A stretch of DNA of 64,000 bases, from the NCBI GenBank assembly GCA_963675755.2, contig CAXXMD010000002.1, positions 2,368,001 to 2,432,000 on the forward strand, given 5' to 3'. A program made the translations under genes and the position numbers. Source of the DNA: a bacterium (lineage in GTDB: Bacteria > Zhuqueibacterota > Zhuqueibacteria > Residuimicrobiales > Krinioviventaceae). Below the pieces are notes generated by a model. That model worked only from the letters and a program-made list of their open reading frames with translations. It searched no databases and had not been told where the DNA came from. The stretch's first letter is position 1, and the number at the start of each line of letters is the position of its first letter. Of this stretch, positions 42,294-52,998 are shown in pieces.

Positions 42294-43451
42294 TTATTTT
42301 AATAATTTAGTATAAAATTCTCTCAAGTTCTTTTCACAAATGCCCCAATTGTATTTCTCAATAAATGCACGCTGTCCGTATTCAGCCATTGAGCGGGTCA
42401 ATTCTTCATCATCTACAATTTCTAATATGGCGTCAACATATGCTTTTATATCATCCGCCGGAACAACCAGGCCCACTTTTTCATCTTTAACAAACTGATA
42501 GCTTGACGGCATATCAGATGCAACGATGGGAATACCTTGCGACATGTATTCAAAAAACTTTGTAGGCACATGAGACGGCAGCACATATTCTCCATGGTGC
42601 TGTAATAAGCTAAGCCCAACACCGCCTTTGCGTACAAATCCCGGTAATTCCTGACCGGTCATATGCGGCACAAATTCAATCACATCTTTATATTCAGGCT
42701 TGACCAGTTTTTCGTTCATGGCATCTTCATGGTACTGAGACCAGAATCTTTTGGTGACCAAAACCTTCATTTCCGGACGTCTTTGCTTCAATTCACGCGC
42801 CACATCCAGCAAGACCAGGGAACCACGCACAGGGCTCAGGGTTCCCGTATGGATTACTGTATTTTTACGTTCTTTTAGCAATTCCTCAGTTACCGGTTCG
42901 GGATTAAAATCTTCAAGAGACGCAAAATTGGGAGTCCACACAGCCGGGCATCCTAAACGTGAAAATCGTTTAACGTGTTCCATATACACCGCGGAAACAG
43001 ACCCGCAAACAACACCGGTAAATGTTTCTGCCAACCAAACCATACCCGCTACCAACCAGCGAAGCGGTTTAAAATCCGGAAATTTTAATGGAATTTGGCG
43101 TGTATAAAATTCGTGAATATCATAAACAACAGGTCTCCCGCTTATAATTCGAAGCCAGGGAGCAAATATCAGCAAATCGGGATCATGGAAATGATACACA
43201 TCTGCTTTTTGCTGATAAGCAAGCCGGGTGATCCGGTAAAGGGTTTTGATGCGTTGCTTTAATCCTTTCCAGCGCTCATAGCCAATGACTTTAACACCAT
43301 CCTGCTCATAGCTGCCGGTTTCCGATACAGCTATTAAAGTAACATCCATTCCGAGATTTACCAATGAACGACAGTGCCGGTTAAACACACGTACGTCTCG
43401 TGATCGATGGATGGTAAAAACACAAATCTTTTTGTTTAATTTTTCACCCAT
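42294..43451 (-). CDS. GT4 glycosyltransferase
   Basis: DVRVF, YHFHDPDL, YDIHE, PTKFFEYM..GIPIVASD. Confidence 0.85.
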   Translation of the reverse strand: MGEKLNKKICVFTIHRSRDVRVFNRHCRSLVNLGMDVTLIAVSETGSYEQDGVKVIGYERWKGLKQRIKTLYRITRLAYQQKADVYHFHDPDLLIFAPWLRIISGRPVVYDIHEFYTRQIPLKFPDFKPLRWLVAGMVWLAETFTGVVCGSVSAVYMEHVKRFSRLGCPAVWTPNFASLEDFNPEPVTEELLKERKNTVIHTGTLSPVRGSLVLLDVARELKQRRPEMKVLVTKRFWSQYHEDAMNEKLVKPEYKDVIEFVPHMTGQELPGFVRKGGVGLSLLQHHGEYVLPSHVPTKFFEYMSQGIPIVASDMPSSYQFVKDEKVGLVVPADDIKAYVDAILEIVDDEELTRSMAEYGQRAFIEKYNWGICEKNLREFYTKLLK

Positions 43452-43473
43452 AACTATCCAATTATTCTTGTAA

Positions 43474-44670
43474 TTAATTTATCAATTTAATAAAATGGTC
43501 TATTATCTTTTTGGCTGTGGTTGCTACACCAAAACGTTCTTCCGCCCTCACCCTGGCCGCATCTGACATTTCCTGACGTTTCAAATCATCACTTAACACA
43601 TTGTTCAGCGCTTGTGATAATGCATTAACATCTCTTGGTGGAATCAGTATTGAACCTTTACTGTCTCCAATAGCTTCAGGTAATCCGCCTACCTCTGTTG
43701 CAACAACAGGTAAACCGCATGCCATAGCTTCCATAACCGCGTTCGGCATTCCTTCATGATAACTTGGTAAAACAAAAACATCACACGCTTTCATCCATTT
43801 GTGGACCTGATCATGTAGAACCGGTCCCATCATTCGGATTTTTTCACACAATTGATGTTCATCAATGTATTGAACCATACCTTGTTTTGCAGCACCGCTG
43901 CCACAAACACGTAATTCCAGATCATCAAGATCATCACTTACTTTATGAAATGCCTTCAAGAGTTCAAAAACGCCCTTGTCACTTTTTAAGTTACTAAGAT
44001 ACAAAACAATCTTTTTATCTAAAGGTAAACCCAATTCTTTACGGATTTCATCCTTTTCTTTTACCGGTTTAAATAAATCCAGGTCTACTACACCGTAAAC
44101 GGTCAAAACCGGTTTTTTACTGATCTTTGCAAGCTTATCTGCAATACCCTGCCCGTTTGCCATAACACCATCCAGGCGCTCTACAACGGATGTAAAATGA
44201 TTATATATGGTTTTAGAGTAATTGGGAATTATATTAACATCCCGTCCAATTGCTTCGCATACAACCGGCAATTTTAAATCTTGAGCCAACCGGACTGCGG
44301 CATCACCATCCGGGAAAAAACTGCGAGAATAGATAATATCAAATTTTTTCTCACGATGTAATTTTAAAGCAACTTTTTTCAGTGCCCAATAAACAGCCAG
44401 GCCATTCCACCGGTAATACCAGTTTCCGGTGACTCTTAGATACGGCACAGCAAAAGCATCAACACCTTTATATTTACAAACAGGCACATTATTTTCCATG
44501 CCCTGCCATCTCTTGATTTTATTCAAAAACGGAGGCACCCATACCGTGGGTACAATCACTGTAATTTCTTCACCCTGACGGGCCATCTCCCTTACCTGAC
44601 GGGCCATCCATATCCCATAATTGGGATTATTTTCATTAGGATACAAGTGAGAAATGGTCAATATCTTCAT
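43474..44670 (-). CDS. GT4 glycosyltransferase (TuaC-like)
   Basis: DVFVLPSYHEGMPNAVMEAMACGLPVVATEVGG. Confidence 0.9.
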   Translation of the reverse strand: MKILTISHLYPNENNPNYGIWMARQVREMARQGEEITVIVPTVWVPPFLNKIKRWQGMENNVPVCKYKGVDAFAVPYLRVTGNWYYRWNGLAVYWALKKVALKLHREKKFDIIYSRSFFPDGDAAVRLAQDLKLPVVCEAIGRDVNIIPNYSKTIYNHFTSVVERLDGVMANGQGIADKLAKISKKPVLTVYGVVDLDLFKPVKEKDEIRKELGLPLDKKIVLYLSNLKSDKGVFELLKAFHKVSDDLDDLELRVCGSGAAKQGMVQYIDEHQLCEKIRMMGPVLHDQVHKWMKACDVFVLPSYHEGMPNAVMEAMACGLPVVATEVGGLPEAIGDSKGSILIPPRDVNALSQALNNVLSDDLKRQEMSDAARVRAEERFGVATTAKKIIDHFIKLIN

Positions 44671-46033
44671 TCATTGCTTCCGGCTTTATCCAAATTCTCT
44701 TTTTCTTGTTCTTCTTCAGTTTCCAGCAAATCTACATTACCCGCTACCAATGCCAAACCCAGGGCATACCAGTACCCCTTGGTTACAATAGCGGTCATTG
44801 TCAGTCCGATGAATAGTGAATACATCATCATTGTCATTGAAAGCCACTTTAACTGTGGATGTTCAATAGTTAATATTTTCATAAATAGAAAAAAGTAAAT
44901 TGAAAGCCATAATATTGCGCCAACAACCCCCAACTCTCCGCAATTGAAACAAGATCATTATGAGCGGCACGAACGCCTTTATGTTCAGGAAACATTTCCT
45001 GAAAGTTCTTATATCCCCACCCAAATATGGGGCGTTTGGAAAGCAATTCAAGACCTGCCTTCCATTGTTCAGAACGTCCGCCCAAATCTCCATCGCTTTG
45101 AGTACCGCGCAACCTGGCTTTTGCCTGATCTGATAATACATCCGTTGTTAAAGCAATTGTCAAAACAGATAAACCAAGCAAGGTGACCAGAACAATACTT
45201 ACAACACTTTTAACAAGATATTTCCCTTTGGCAGCGAATAAAAATCCCATGACCGGTGCAAGCACAAATGAAGCCAGCGCCGTTCTATTCTGCGTTTTTA
45301 GTATGCCGTATAAAAGTATTGGACCAAAAACAAGGAATCCCAAAACGGCAAACCGTTCTTTTTCGTTAAACAGGTAAAAAGCAGACAGAAATCCAAGTAA
45401 TAAAGAGTTGCCCAATACTACAGGATTCGTTCCTTCAGAAAGCACAACACGTCCCATTGCCTCTCCACCGGCTGAATAACCAACCTGACCAAAAATAATC
45501 ATAAAAGCACTGGTGATAGAGCCAAGAAAAACAGCCCATAAAATAAACCGAAGGTTTTTTTCATCTCTAATGGTATTAATGAGAATAATAATTAATATCA
45601 CATTCAATATTAATGCTACAATACCATTATATGTCGCCTGCTGTACATGTGCCCATAAAAAACTCATCAACGCAAACCAGGTAAAAATCAGTATGGGAAT
45701 CATCTCGCGGGGAATGACAACTTTTAGTCGAAACTTGTTAATGACATAACTTGCCACTACAAGCAATCCAATAGCACGACTTCCTGCACCAATTTTTGAA
45801 AGTTCAAACGCACCCTCAATAGGGAAAAAGAACAACAATGCCATAATAGCAACAGGAGTATGATACATGCTTGTAGCACCAACCACAATACCAACCACAA
45901 TAGCAGCATGCACTTTACTTCCTGAAATAAAATAAATTGCCGCACCAACAATTGCGGCAATAACTATCAGGACCATTGATCTTTTGGTTTTTTGTAGTTC
46001 TTTTAAATTTTGATCTAGTTTATTCATACTCAA
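44667..46033 (-). CDS. O-antigen ligase/Wzy polymerase-family membrane protein, frameshifted near 44938
   Basis: Multi-pass membrane protein with R..QW..G...PIFGWG and AHN Wzy_C motifs. Adding one G restores IAGELGVVG and joins ORF 44667-44933. Confidence 0.75.
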
Positions 46034-47508
46034 GATTTTAACAATGGCTCCAGTTTGATCCAGCGCATTACCAGCTCTTTATCGCTTTCATCAAGCAATT
46101 TAAACCGGAATGATAGAAACATAAACAATGCACCACCAATTACCATTACAATACTAAAATGGATTAACGGCTGATGTATAAACAATGCAAAAAGTTTTCC
46201 TATGCCAAATGCAACAATAGAAACCAGCAATAACTTCCACACAACATCAAGAACAAAAGCCTGACGCAGTGTAAACGGCAAGTCCCGGTTTATATATTTC
46301 AACGAAACCGCAATTTGAGTAATCCTTCCTGCCAGCACACCTATTGCTGGTCCCATTAACCCCAAAGGATAAATTAATACCCATCCAACACCCAAGCCAA
46401 CAATCAGTGCAGCCAGGGACGAATAAATAACATATTGGGTTTTACCTGTAATTTTAAACAATGATTGTGTATCACATATTCTAAGCGGTAATAACAAAAG
46501 CATAACAATAAAAATATACCAGGCACTGCCATAAGTATCACCATACAGAATGGTCAAAAATTCTTTTGAAACAAATGTCAACATAACAAACAAAGGTATT
46601 GAAACAATGGCTACTTTGTGGGCAGTTTTTACCCATAAATTAATTATACCTTGTATATTGCCCCCCTGCATATATTGAATACAAACCGGGATCAAAACAA
46701 GTGCAATTTGCGAAGACAGCTTGGCCAATACAGGCAGCTCTGTGCTGGCGACTGAAAACAAGGCAAAGTCTTCCGGGGTAAAAAAGGTAGAGACCAAAAG
46801 TCTGTGGATCTGGGTATAAAACACATAGGTTGCAAAACTGATCCAGTACGGTATAGAAAATCCAAATTGACCCTTGAGTAACTCCCAATTAAATGAGGGA
46901 TGGATACCAATGACCTTGATAAATACATACATGTTGTAAAAAAACAAAATCACATTGGCAAGGGTCAATATCTGAATTGCAAACAAAAATGTGGACCCCA
47001 TCAACAAGGGTACTGCAATAGCAAGCACTACAAAAATGGATTGAAAGAAAGAAATAATGCTGTTCAGCTTTGCTTTACCAACAGTAATCAAAGATGTATG
47101 GAACAAGGCGCCAAACATTTGAAATGCCGGGAAAACCGCAGTATAGACCAGATATTTTTCCAGTTCCGGATTACTAAAAGCATTCGCCACATATTTTCTG
47201 GTAAAAAATAAGGTTAAAAAAGCCAATAAACCCAAAAACGCATACAATACATTGGTTTGAAAAACAAACTGTTTCTTTTCTTTGTCATTCAAACTGGCAA
47301 GATAATATGATGCACTCTCTGCAATACTGAGATAAAAGATAATATAAAAAATATACGACAGCATGATAATCTGACGAAAACTTCCAAAATCGTGCTGTGT
47401 TAAAATTCTCGCCAGAATCATTCCTTGAATGATTGACGTACCCTGAGTCAGGGCATTACCAATCACAAGGAATATGGATTGGTCCTTCAAACTGGTTTTT
47501 TCTGCCAT
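46030..47508 (-). CDS. wzx: Wzx-type polysaccharide flippase
   Basis: ILARILT..DFG motif, many hydrophobic helices, locus context. Confidence 0.8.
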   Translation of the reverse strand: MAEKTSLKDQSIFLVIGNALTQGTSIIQGMILARILTQHDFGSFRQIIMLSYIFYIIFYLSIAESASYYLASLNDKEKKQFVFQTNVLYAFLGLLAFLTLFFTRKYVANAFSNPELEKYLVYTAVFPAFQMFGALFHTSLITVGKAKLNSIISFFQSIFVVLAIAVPLLMGSTFLFAIQILTLANVILFFYNMYVFIKVIGIHPSFNWELLKGQFGFSIPYWISFATYVFYTQIHRLLVSTFFTPEDFALFSVASTELPVLAKLSSQIALVLIPVCIQYMQGGNIQGIINLWVKTAHKVAIVSIPLFVMLTFVSKEFLTILYGDTYGSAWYIFIVMLLLLPLRICDTQSLFKITGKTQYVIYSSLAALIVGLGVGWVLIYPLGLMGPAIGVLAGRITQIAVSLKYINRDLPFTLRQAFVLDVVWKLLLVSIVAFGIGKLFALFIHQPLIHFSIVMVIGGALFMFLSFRFKLLDESDKELVMRWIKLEPLLKS

Positions 47509-47591
47509 CTAGTAGTACTACCTGTCCCTAAACATTAATATAATATGAAAACATTGAGTATAATCCTGGCTGCAATAAATCAGCCACGGAT

Positions 47592-48677
47592 TCAAGTTTC
47601 TGAATTTGAATTCAAAGGTGTTCGGTAAGCCGGGAAAAAAGATTCATTATATAAATCACTCTTGATATCTATATCACGATTATTGCATAATTCAATGTAT
47701 TTTTCTTTATCAATCACCCACTTCCACACATTGAAATCATGTCTTATTTTTGAAAAACCGGATTTAAATTCAAACAATGAATCTTTTTGGGCTCCAACAC
47801 CACCCCCCAGATGAAATGTTTTAAATTTATTTTCTGCTGCCCATAATCTTACAGTATCTTTTTCCAATTTCCTTGGAGCAATATCACGGTATTTTGAAAA
47901 CATTCCACCAAGATAAGATTGTACAATACCGTTACATTCAATATATATACCACCACAAATTACTTCACCCTCTAGCAAACAGATGAATAAATATACATTT
48001 GCTTCCAGTTTGTTTACCAGGTTTTCAAAATGCTCTCTGGTAAAATAATAATAATCTGTAGCATTAACACGGTTCATGGTTTCATAGTAAAGTGCTAAAA
48101 ACTCGTCAAGATATTTATACTCTGTATCTATAATACATTCCGCACCCAAACGACGGAGTTTATTTACACCGCTCTTGTGCCCTTTAGAATATTGACTTCT
48201 CTGCTCCTCGACCGGTAACGACAAGTCTACGGAAATAGTAATACCAATATTAGATACACTTCCGGTATTTTCAATAATAAAATTCTGAGGTATAAATGGG
48301 TGCAGTCTTGAGAAAACAGTAATAACATTCATGTTTTTCAGCTCGCTTTGTAAGCTAGACTGAAAATCTTTAACAATCTCATCCGGTATAGAAGAATGAG
48401 ATGATACAGGTCCCGCATACCCATACACAGAAGAAGCATCATAAAAGCCATTAGCACCACTCAACTCATCAACACTTTTTAATGATCGAATCATCAAGGG
48501 CAAAGCAATATGATAGCCGTCTTTTTCATAACTGAATAATACAGCTTTACCTTCACCACCTTCTTCAGCTATTTTATGATAGCTGGGAAGGTGATAAAAG
48601 TCATAAAGCTGCATTTTAGACAGATGCTTGTTCCATTCCTCGGCATTATCGGTATAAATCTTTTGAATTTGGGACAT
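47592..48677 (-). CDS. GNAT/FemAB-like protein
   Basis: YDFYHLPSYH, SVYGYAGP, RLHP, FHLGGG...DSLFEFK.GFS, FFPAYR. Confidence 0.8.
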   Translation of the reverse strand: MSQIQKIYTDNAEEWNKHLSKMQLYDFYHLPSYHKIAEEGGEGKAVLFSYEKDGYHIALPLMIRSLKSVDELSGANGFYDASSVYGYAGPVSSHSSIPDEIVKDFQSSLQSELKNMNVITVFSRLHPFIPQNFIIENTGSVSNIGITISVDLSLPVEEQRSQYSKGHKSGVNKLRRLGAECIIDTEYKYLDEFLALYYETMNRVNATDYYYFTREHFENLVNKLEANVYLFICLLEGEVICGGIYIECNGIVQSYLGGMFSKYRDIAPRKLEKDTVRLWAAENKFKTFHLGGGVGAQKDSLFEFKSGFSKIRHDFNVWKWVIDKEKYIELCNNRDIDIKSDLYNESFFPAYRTPLNSNSET

Positions 48678-48692
48678 ATAGTTATTAATTAC

Positions 48693-50501
48693 CTATTTTA
48701 TATACAATAATGATCTGGTTTGAACTGATTCATCAAATTCTAGTACAGCAAAAAACGTACCGCTTGATACAGTTTTGCCAAACACATTTGTACCATCCCA
48801 TTGACTGCTATAAAATCCAGCATTTTGTGTTTCTTTGACCAATGGCTTGACCAATTTGCCATTTATATTGAAAATAGACAAACTGACTCTACCGTTATGA
48901 GGCAAATAATAAGATAGAACAGTATTCGAGTTGAAAGGATTGGGGTAATTGGGGTGTAATATAAATTTGTCTGCTAATTTCACATCTGCAGTAAGCACAT
49001 TTGAAAAACGGGTATTGCCATTTTTCTCAAAAAGTTTTATACGGTACTCCAGAGTACCATCTGAATTGACTTTTTCATCAGTATATTCATAGGTTTGCTT
49101 TCCTGAAACAACCTGAATATATTGTATTTCAGTAAAATCGCTGTTAATATCTTTACGCTGTATTTCAAAACCTAAATAATCATTTTCCTGATCAACGGTC
49201 CATCGCAATCCGGGTTTATTATCAAATATTTGAATTTCAAATTCAATAGAATCGACATCTGACGTAGGGTCATTGATAATCATTAAACTTTCATCCAATG
49301 TTCCAATACCCTGCTGCTGACAATGTTCAAGATATTGACGTACCGCACTTTCAGGATCATCAACATTCATTGCTTCTTTATGAAGGTCGTTATTTCTTAC
49401 CGCGGCAGGATACAGGATATATTTTGTTGCGTAATAATCCAGCGCTACAGGATCAGAACTTGCAAACAAGTAACCAGCCTGCTCTGCTTTATCAATATCT
49501 TCCCTGCTGCCCCAGCCAATCCATTCGGCTGTTGTAAAATGCATATCCGCTTTGCGTATAGTCCGCATAAATGTACCTATAGCATCACCCAATACACCGG
49601 GTATGGGCCCAACAAGGTTTTCATTAAAGGCAAAAGCATGAAAATTATAATAATTATCTACCAGCTTACCATTCTCAGGGTTACTTCCCCAGGACAAGTC
49701 AACAACACCCATGTAATTCTTGACCGCACTGGTAGTACCCACATAATAACTGTGACGACACAAACCGGAAAAGATGATAAATTTCAGAGGTTTATCAGAA
49801 AGATACTGGCCATTTTTCCAAACACCATTTTTCAAATCAATAGTAAGACCGCTATAGGTTGACTTGAATATAGGATAGGTCATAATCGTTTCACGATAAT
49901 CATCTGCATTTTCTGCATTATTAGAAACGACATTATCTTCTTCAAAAACATATCCCTCGCCATCTTCCGGGCCATAAATACGCTGCCCACCATCTTCATA
50001 AGAGTCGTTCCATATAAAGCGGGTTACATTATCATGACCTCCCGCCTGAATCAATGCTAACAGGTCATTAAGATTTTTAACAGCGGGGATGTTGGAATTG
50101 ATTAAAAACGGCTCTGCCCATGCACCTTTATCCTGAGCGGGCCACCTGTGATTATTGTCGCCCAGTATAATTTCGCCATTAAAACCAGGTATATCCAGTA
50201 TTTTATCAATAAAAGTTTTTATTGAAGCCAGGTTACCGGATCCCTGGTTTATGCGTTGAGCATTGGTTTTAATAACAACAACATCATTCGGTCCAATAAT
50301 ATTTTCAATACCTCCCATCAATTCAAGGAGATTACTCATATTATCAGTTGGACCTTTTCCATTTGTCATATATATACGTGAATACTCGTCCTCGACAGGT
50401 TTTGCCCAAGTGCGAGTGCCAGCCATTGATGCCGCAAGTAAAGCTCCGGCACCTTGTCCTGTATTTTTTATAAATTTACGTCTTGAAATATTCTTTTTCA
50501 T
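48693..50501 (-). CDS. Tat-signal DUF362-domain protein with C-terminal FlgD-Ig/secretion-tail domain
   Basis: ISRRKFIK Tat motif (start probably ATG 50501); GGIE.II...DVVVIK.N, T.AVKNYMG, SSDPVALD; C-terminal LHPNYPNPFNS...SSGTFF. Confidence 0.75.
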   Translation of the reverse strand: MKKNISRRKFIKNTGQGAGALLAASMAGTRTWAKPVEDEYSRIYMTNGKGPTDNMSNLLELMGGIENIIGPNDVVVIKTNAQRINQGSGNLASIKTFIDKILDIPGFNGEIILGDNNHRWPAQDKGAWAEPFLINSNIPAVKNLNDLLALIQAGGHDNVTRFIWNDSYEDGGQRIYGPEDGEGYVFEEDNVVSNNAENADDYRETIMTYPIFKSTYSGLTIDLKNGVWKNGQYLSDKPLKFIIFSGLCRHSYYVGTTSAVKNYMGVVDLSWGSNPENGKLVDNYYNFHAFAFNENLVGPIPGVLGDAIGTFMRTIRKADMHFTTAEWIGWGSREDIDKAEQAGYLFASSDPVALDYYATKYILYPAAVRNNDLHKEAMNVDDPESAVRQYLEHCQQQGIGTLDESLMIINDPTSDVDSIEFEIQIFDNKPGLRWTVDQENDYLGFEIQRKDINSDFTEIQYIQVVSGKQTYEYTDEKVNSDGTLEYRIKLFEKNGNTRFSNVLTADVKLADKFILHPNYPNPFNSNTVLSYYLPHNGRVSLSIFNINGKLVKPLVKETQNAGFYSSQWDGTNVFGKTVSSGTFFAVLEFDESVQTRSLLYIK

Positions 50502-50526
50502 CGCTCCCATAACCTTTCGCCCTGGT

Positions 50527-51111
50527 TTAATAAGAAATCCAGTACCAGACATATTTTATCACTTCCATAACCACAATTTTCAGACTAGAAGGCTTGTACC
50601 ACCACCCTTTTGACTGCAATATACCTTGATCAGGATGCGCCACCAACAGTTGCGTATCCAAACCTTTCAAGGCACGTTTAAAAATCATATTTGCTCTGCT
50701 GGTATGAAAATCTGTAGTAACTAGAATCACACGCTTGAAATTATTTTGTTCTATGATCTTGCGAATGGTTTTTGCCTGTTCACCGGTCCCCAAACCATGA
50801 CGCGCAAGAACATCAAGAACAATTTTATCTTCAGGAACCCCCAGCTCCATTGCTTTCTCTTTCATATAATTTGCTTGTACTATACTTTTATCCTGACCAG
50901 GGCATCCTGATACAATCAAAGTATCCGCAAATCCCTGTTGAAATAGATGAGACGCGTGCTCAACACGCTCACCTCGTCCGCCACTGATCACAATAATTGC
51001 ATCCGCATCTTTCAAATCAGATTGTGTTACCAGAACATTGTCTGCAACAACCACAAACAACACTACCAGAACAAAAATCAATCCCAATACTATATATATT
51101 TTTTTCTTCAT
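50527..51111 (-). CDS. YdcF/DUF218 (ElyC-like) membrane-anchored protein
   Basis: N-terminal transmembrane helix; ADAIIVISGG, ER, LVTTDFHTSRA. Confidence 0.85.
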   Translation of the reverse strand: MKKKIYIVLGLIFVLVVLFVVVADNVLVTQSDLKDADAIIVISGGRGERVEHASHLFQQGFADTLIVSGCPGQDKSIVQANYMKEKAMELGVPEDKIVLDVLARHGLGTGEQAKTIRKIIEQNNFKRVILVTTDFHTSRANMIFKRALKGLDTQLLVAHPDQGILQSKGWWYKPSSLKIVVMEVIKYVWYWISY

Positions 51112-51126
51112 AACCTTTCCAGTCCA

Positions 51127-51774
51127 CTATTTTGTGAAAAAATTGCCTATTTGCCGCGCAGGATTTCCAAACATAAACACACCTTCAGCAACATCTTTGG
51201 CAATTACTGCGCCCGCGCCTACTGTGCTATGATTACCCACCTTGGACAATGGTGTTATGGTTGCTCCAACTCCAACCAGACATCCGTTACCCAGCTGAAC
51301 TCCTCCACTGAGAACAGCCCCACCGCCGACATGACAATAATCACCCATTTTTACACCATGGCCAATAATGCTGGCATTGTTTACAATGCAATGACGCCCT
51401 ACATGTGCTTCTGATTCTATAATAGCATAAGGCATGATTGCCGTACCTTCTTCAATACTGGAATATTTCCCCAATATTGCCGTAGGATGTATAAATGTTG
51501 GAAAATGAAAATCTTTATATTTATCTGCTATTCTTTTTCTGACGTTGCAGTCTCCAATAGCTATAAACATATTGTTCACTTTAAGGCTTTTATTCTGTTC
51601 CTCAAAACCATCTTCTGTATAAACATTAGCATGTTTATAAAAAAAGCTACCTGCTTTACGTGGGTCATCATCAATAAAACCAATTATCTCATACTCTCTT
51701 AAAGAAATGATCAAATCAGCAATTACTGTCGAGTGCCCACCAGTACCATACACCCAAATTTTTTCCATTTGCAT
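51127..51774 (-). CDS. PglD/NeuD-like sugar acetyltransferase (hexapeptide repeats)
   Basis: YGTGGH, AIGD..R, IHPTA, left-handed beta-helix repeats, GNPAR. Confidence 0.85.
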   Translation of the reverse strand: MQMEKIWVYGTGGHSTVIADLIISLREYEIIGFIDDDPRKAGSFFYKHANVYTEDGFEEQNKSLKVNNMFIAIGDCNVRKRIADKYKDFHFPTFIHPTAILGKYSSIEEGTAIMPYAIIESEAHVGRHCIVNNASIIGHGVKMGDYCHVGGGAVLSGGVQLGNGCLVGVGATITPLSKVGNHSTVGAGAVIAKDVAEGVFMFGNPARQIGNFFTK

Positions 51775-51816
51775 TCCAAAACTGTTTTAAATTGAAAATT
51801 TCAAATCTTTTACAGT

Positions 51817-52998
51817 TTATTTCAATGACCGTAATAGTATTGAACAAACAAATTCTATATCAGATTCCTGAATATTTGTATAAAAAGGTAAAGCTATTGT
51901 ACGGTCTGAAACAAATTCTGTAACAGGAAAGTCTCCTGTTTTGCAACCAAACATATCCATGTAAAAAGGTTGAAGATGAATTGGAGGAAAGTAATTGTTA
52001 CACCCTATGCCATTGTCTAATAGACTTTTCATTACGTTACTTCGATCGTCCTGACTAAAAGAACTGTCCAACTGTACTACATAGACAAACCAGCTCATAT
52101 CTACATTATCAGCAATAAAAGGAACACGCACACCTTTAACATCTGCAAGATATTTATTATATAACTGAGCAGCTTTGTTTCGTTTTTCAAGTATCTCATC
52201 CAGTCTTTCAACCTGAGCAATACCCAGCGCACAGTTGATATCACTCAAACGGTAATTGTAGCCCAACCTAACATGAGCAAGCCATTTTCCATCTCCGCCG
52301 CGTCCCTGGTTTCGCATACTTTTACACAATTCCGCAACATTTTCATCATCCGTAACAATCACACCGCCTTCACCGGTTGTAATTTGTTTATTGGGATAAA
52401 AGGCAAATACACCCGCATCTCCCATGGTACCTGCGTTTGCCCATTGCCCTTTTGTGTATTTATCAGATACTGTTTCTTTGAATTGATATCTGGCACCAAT
52501 GGCTTCACAGGAATCTTCAATCACTTTTAAATTATATTCATCGGCAAGTTTCAGAATTGCATCCATATCACAGGGCTGTCCAAAGACATGTACAGGTAAA
52601 ATGCCCTTAATTTTATCACCACGTCCCTGCGAGTGGGCCAGTTCTAAAGTTTCACGGACTTTTTCAATATCCAGGTTATATGTTTGGGGATCAATATCTA
52701 CAAAAACAGGCCTTACATCTTCATACAACAAACAATTGGATGAAGCAACAAAACTAAATGGAGATGTTATGACTTCATCTCCAGGATTAAATCCCAGCGC
52801 TTTAACCAGCAAATGCAAACCGCTTGTTCCACTGTTGACCGCAACTGCATATTTACTGCCAACATAATCGGCAACTTTTTCTTCAAATTCAGGGAGTTTG
52901 GGTCCCAGGCTCAAATAAGGTGTTTTTAAAACATCTATTACATACTGAATTTCTTTTTCGGTAATATCGGGACCAGAAAGATTCACCTTTATACTCAT
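51817..52998 (-). CDS. DegT/DnrJ/EryC1/StrS PLP-dependent sugar aminotransferase
   Basis: NSGTSGLHL, IEDSCEAIG, FYPNKQITTGEGG, GYNYRL. Confidence 0.92.
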   Translation of the reverse strand: MSIKVNLSGPDITEKEIQYVIDVLKTPYLSLGPKLPEFEEKVADYVGSKYAVAVNSGTSGLHLLVKALGFNPGDEVITSPFSFVASSNCLLYEDVRPVFVDIDPQTYNLDIEKVRETLELAHSQGRGDKIKGILPVHVFGQPCDMDAILKLADEYNLKVIEDSCEAIGARYQFKETVSDKYTKGQWANAGTMGDAGVFAFYPNKQITTGEGGVIVTDDENVAELCKSMRNQGRGGDGKWLAHVRLGYNYRLSDINCALGIAQVERLDEILEKRNKAAQLYNKYLADVKGVRVPFIADNVDMSWFVYVVQLDSSFSQDDRSNVMKSLLDNGIGCNNYFPPIHLQPFYMDMFGCKTGDFPVTEFVSDRTIALPFYTNIQESDIEFVCSILLRSLK

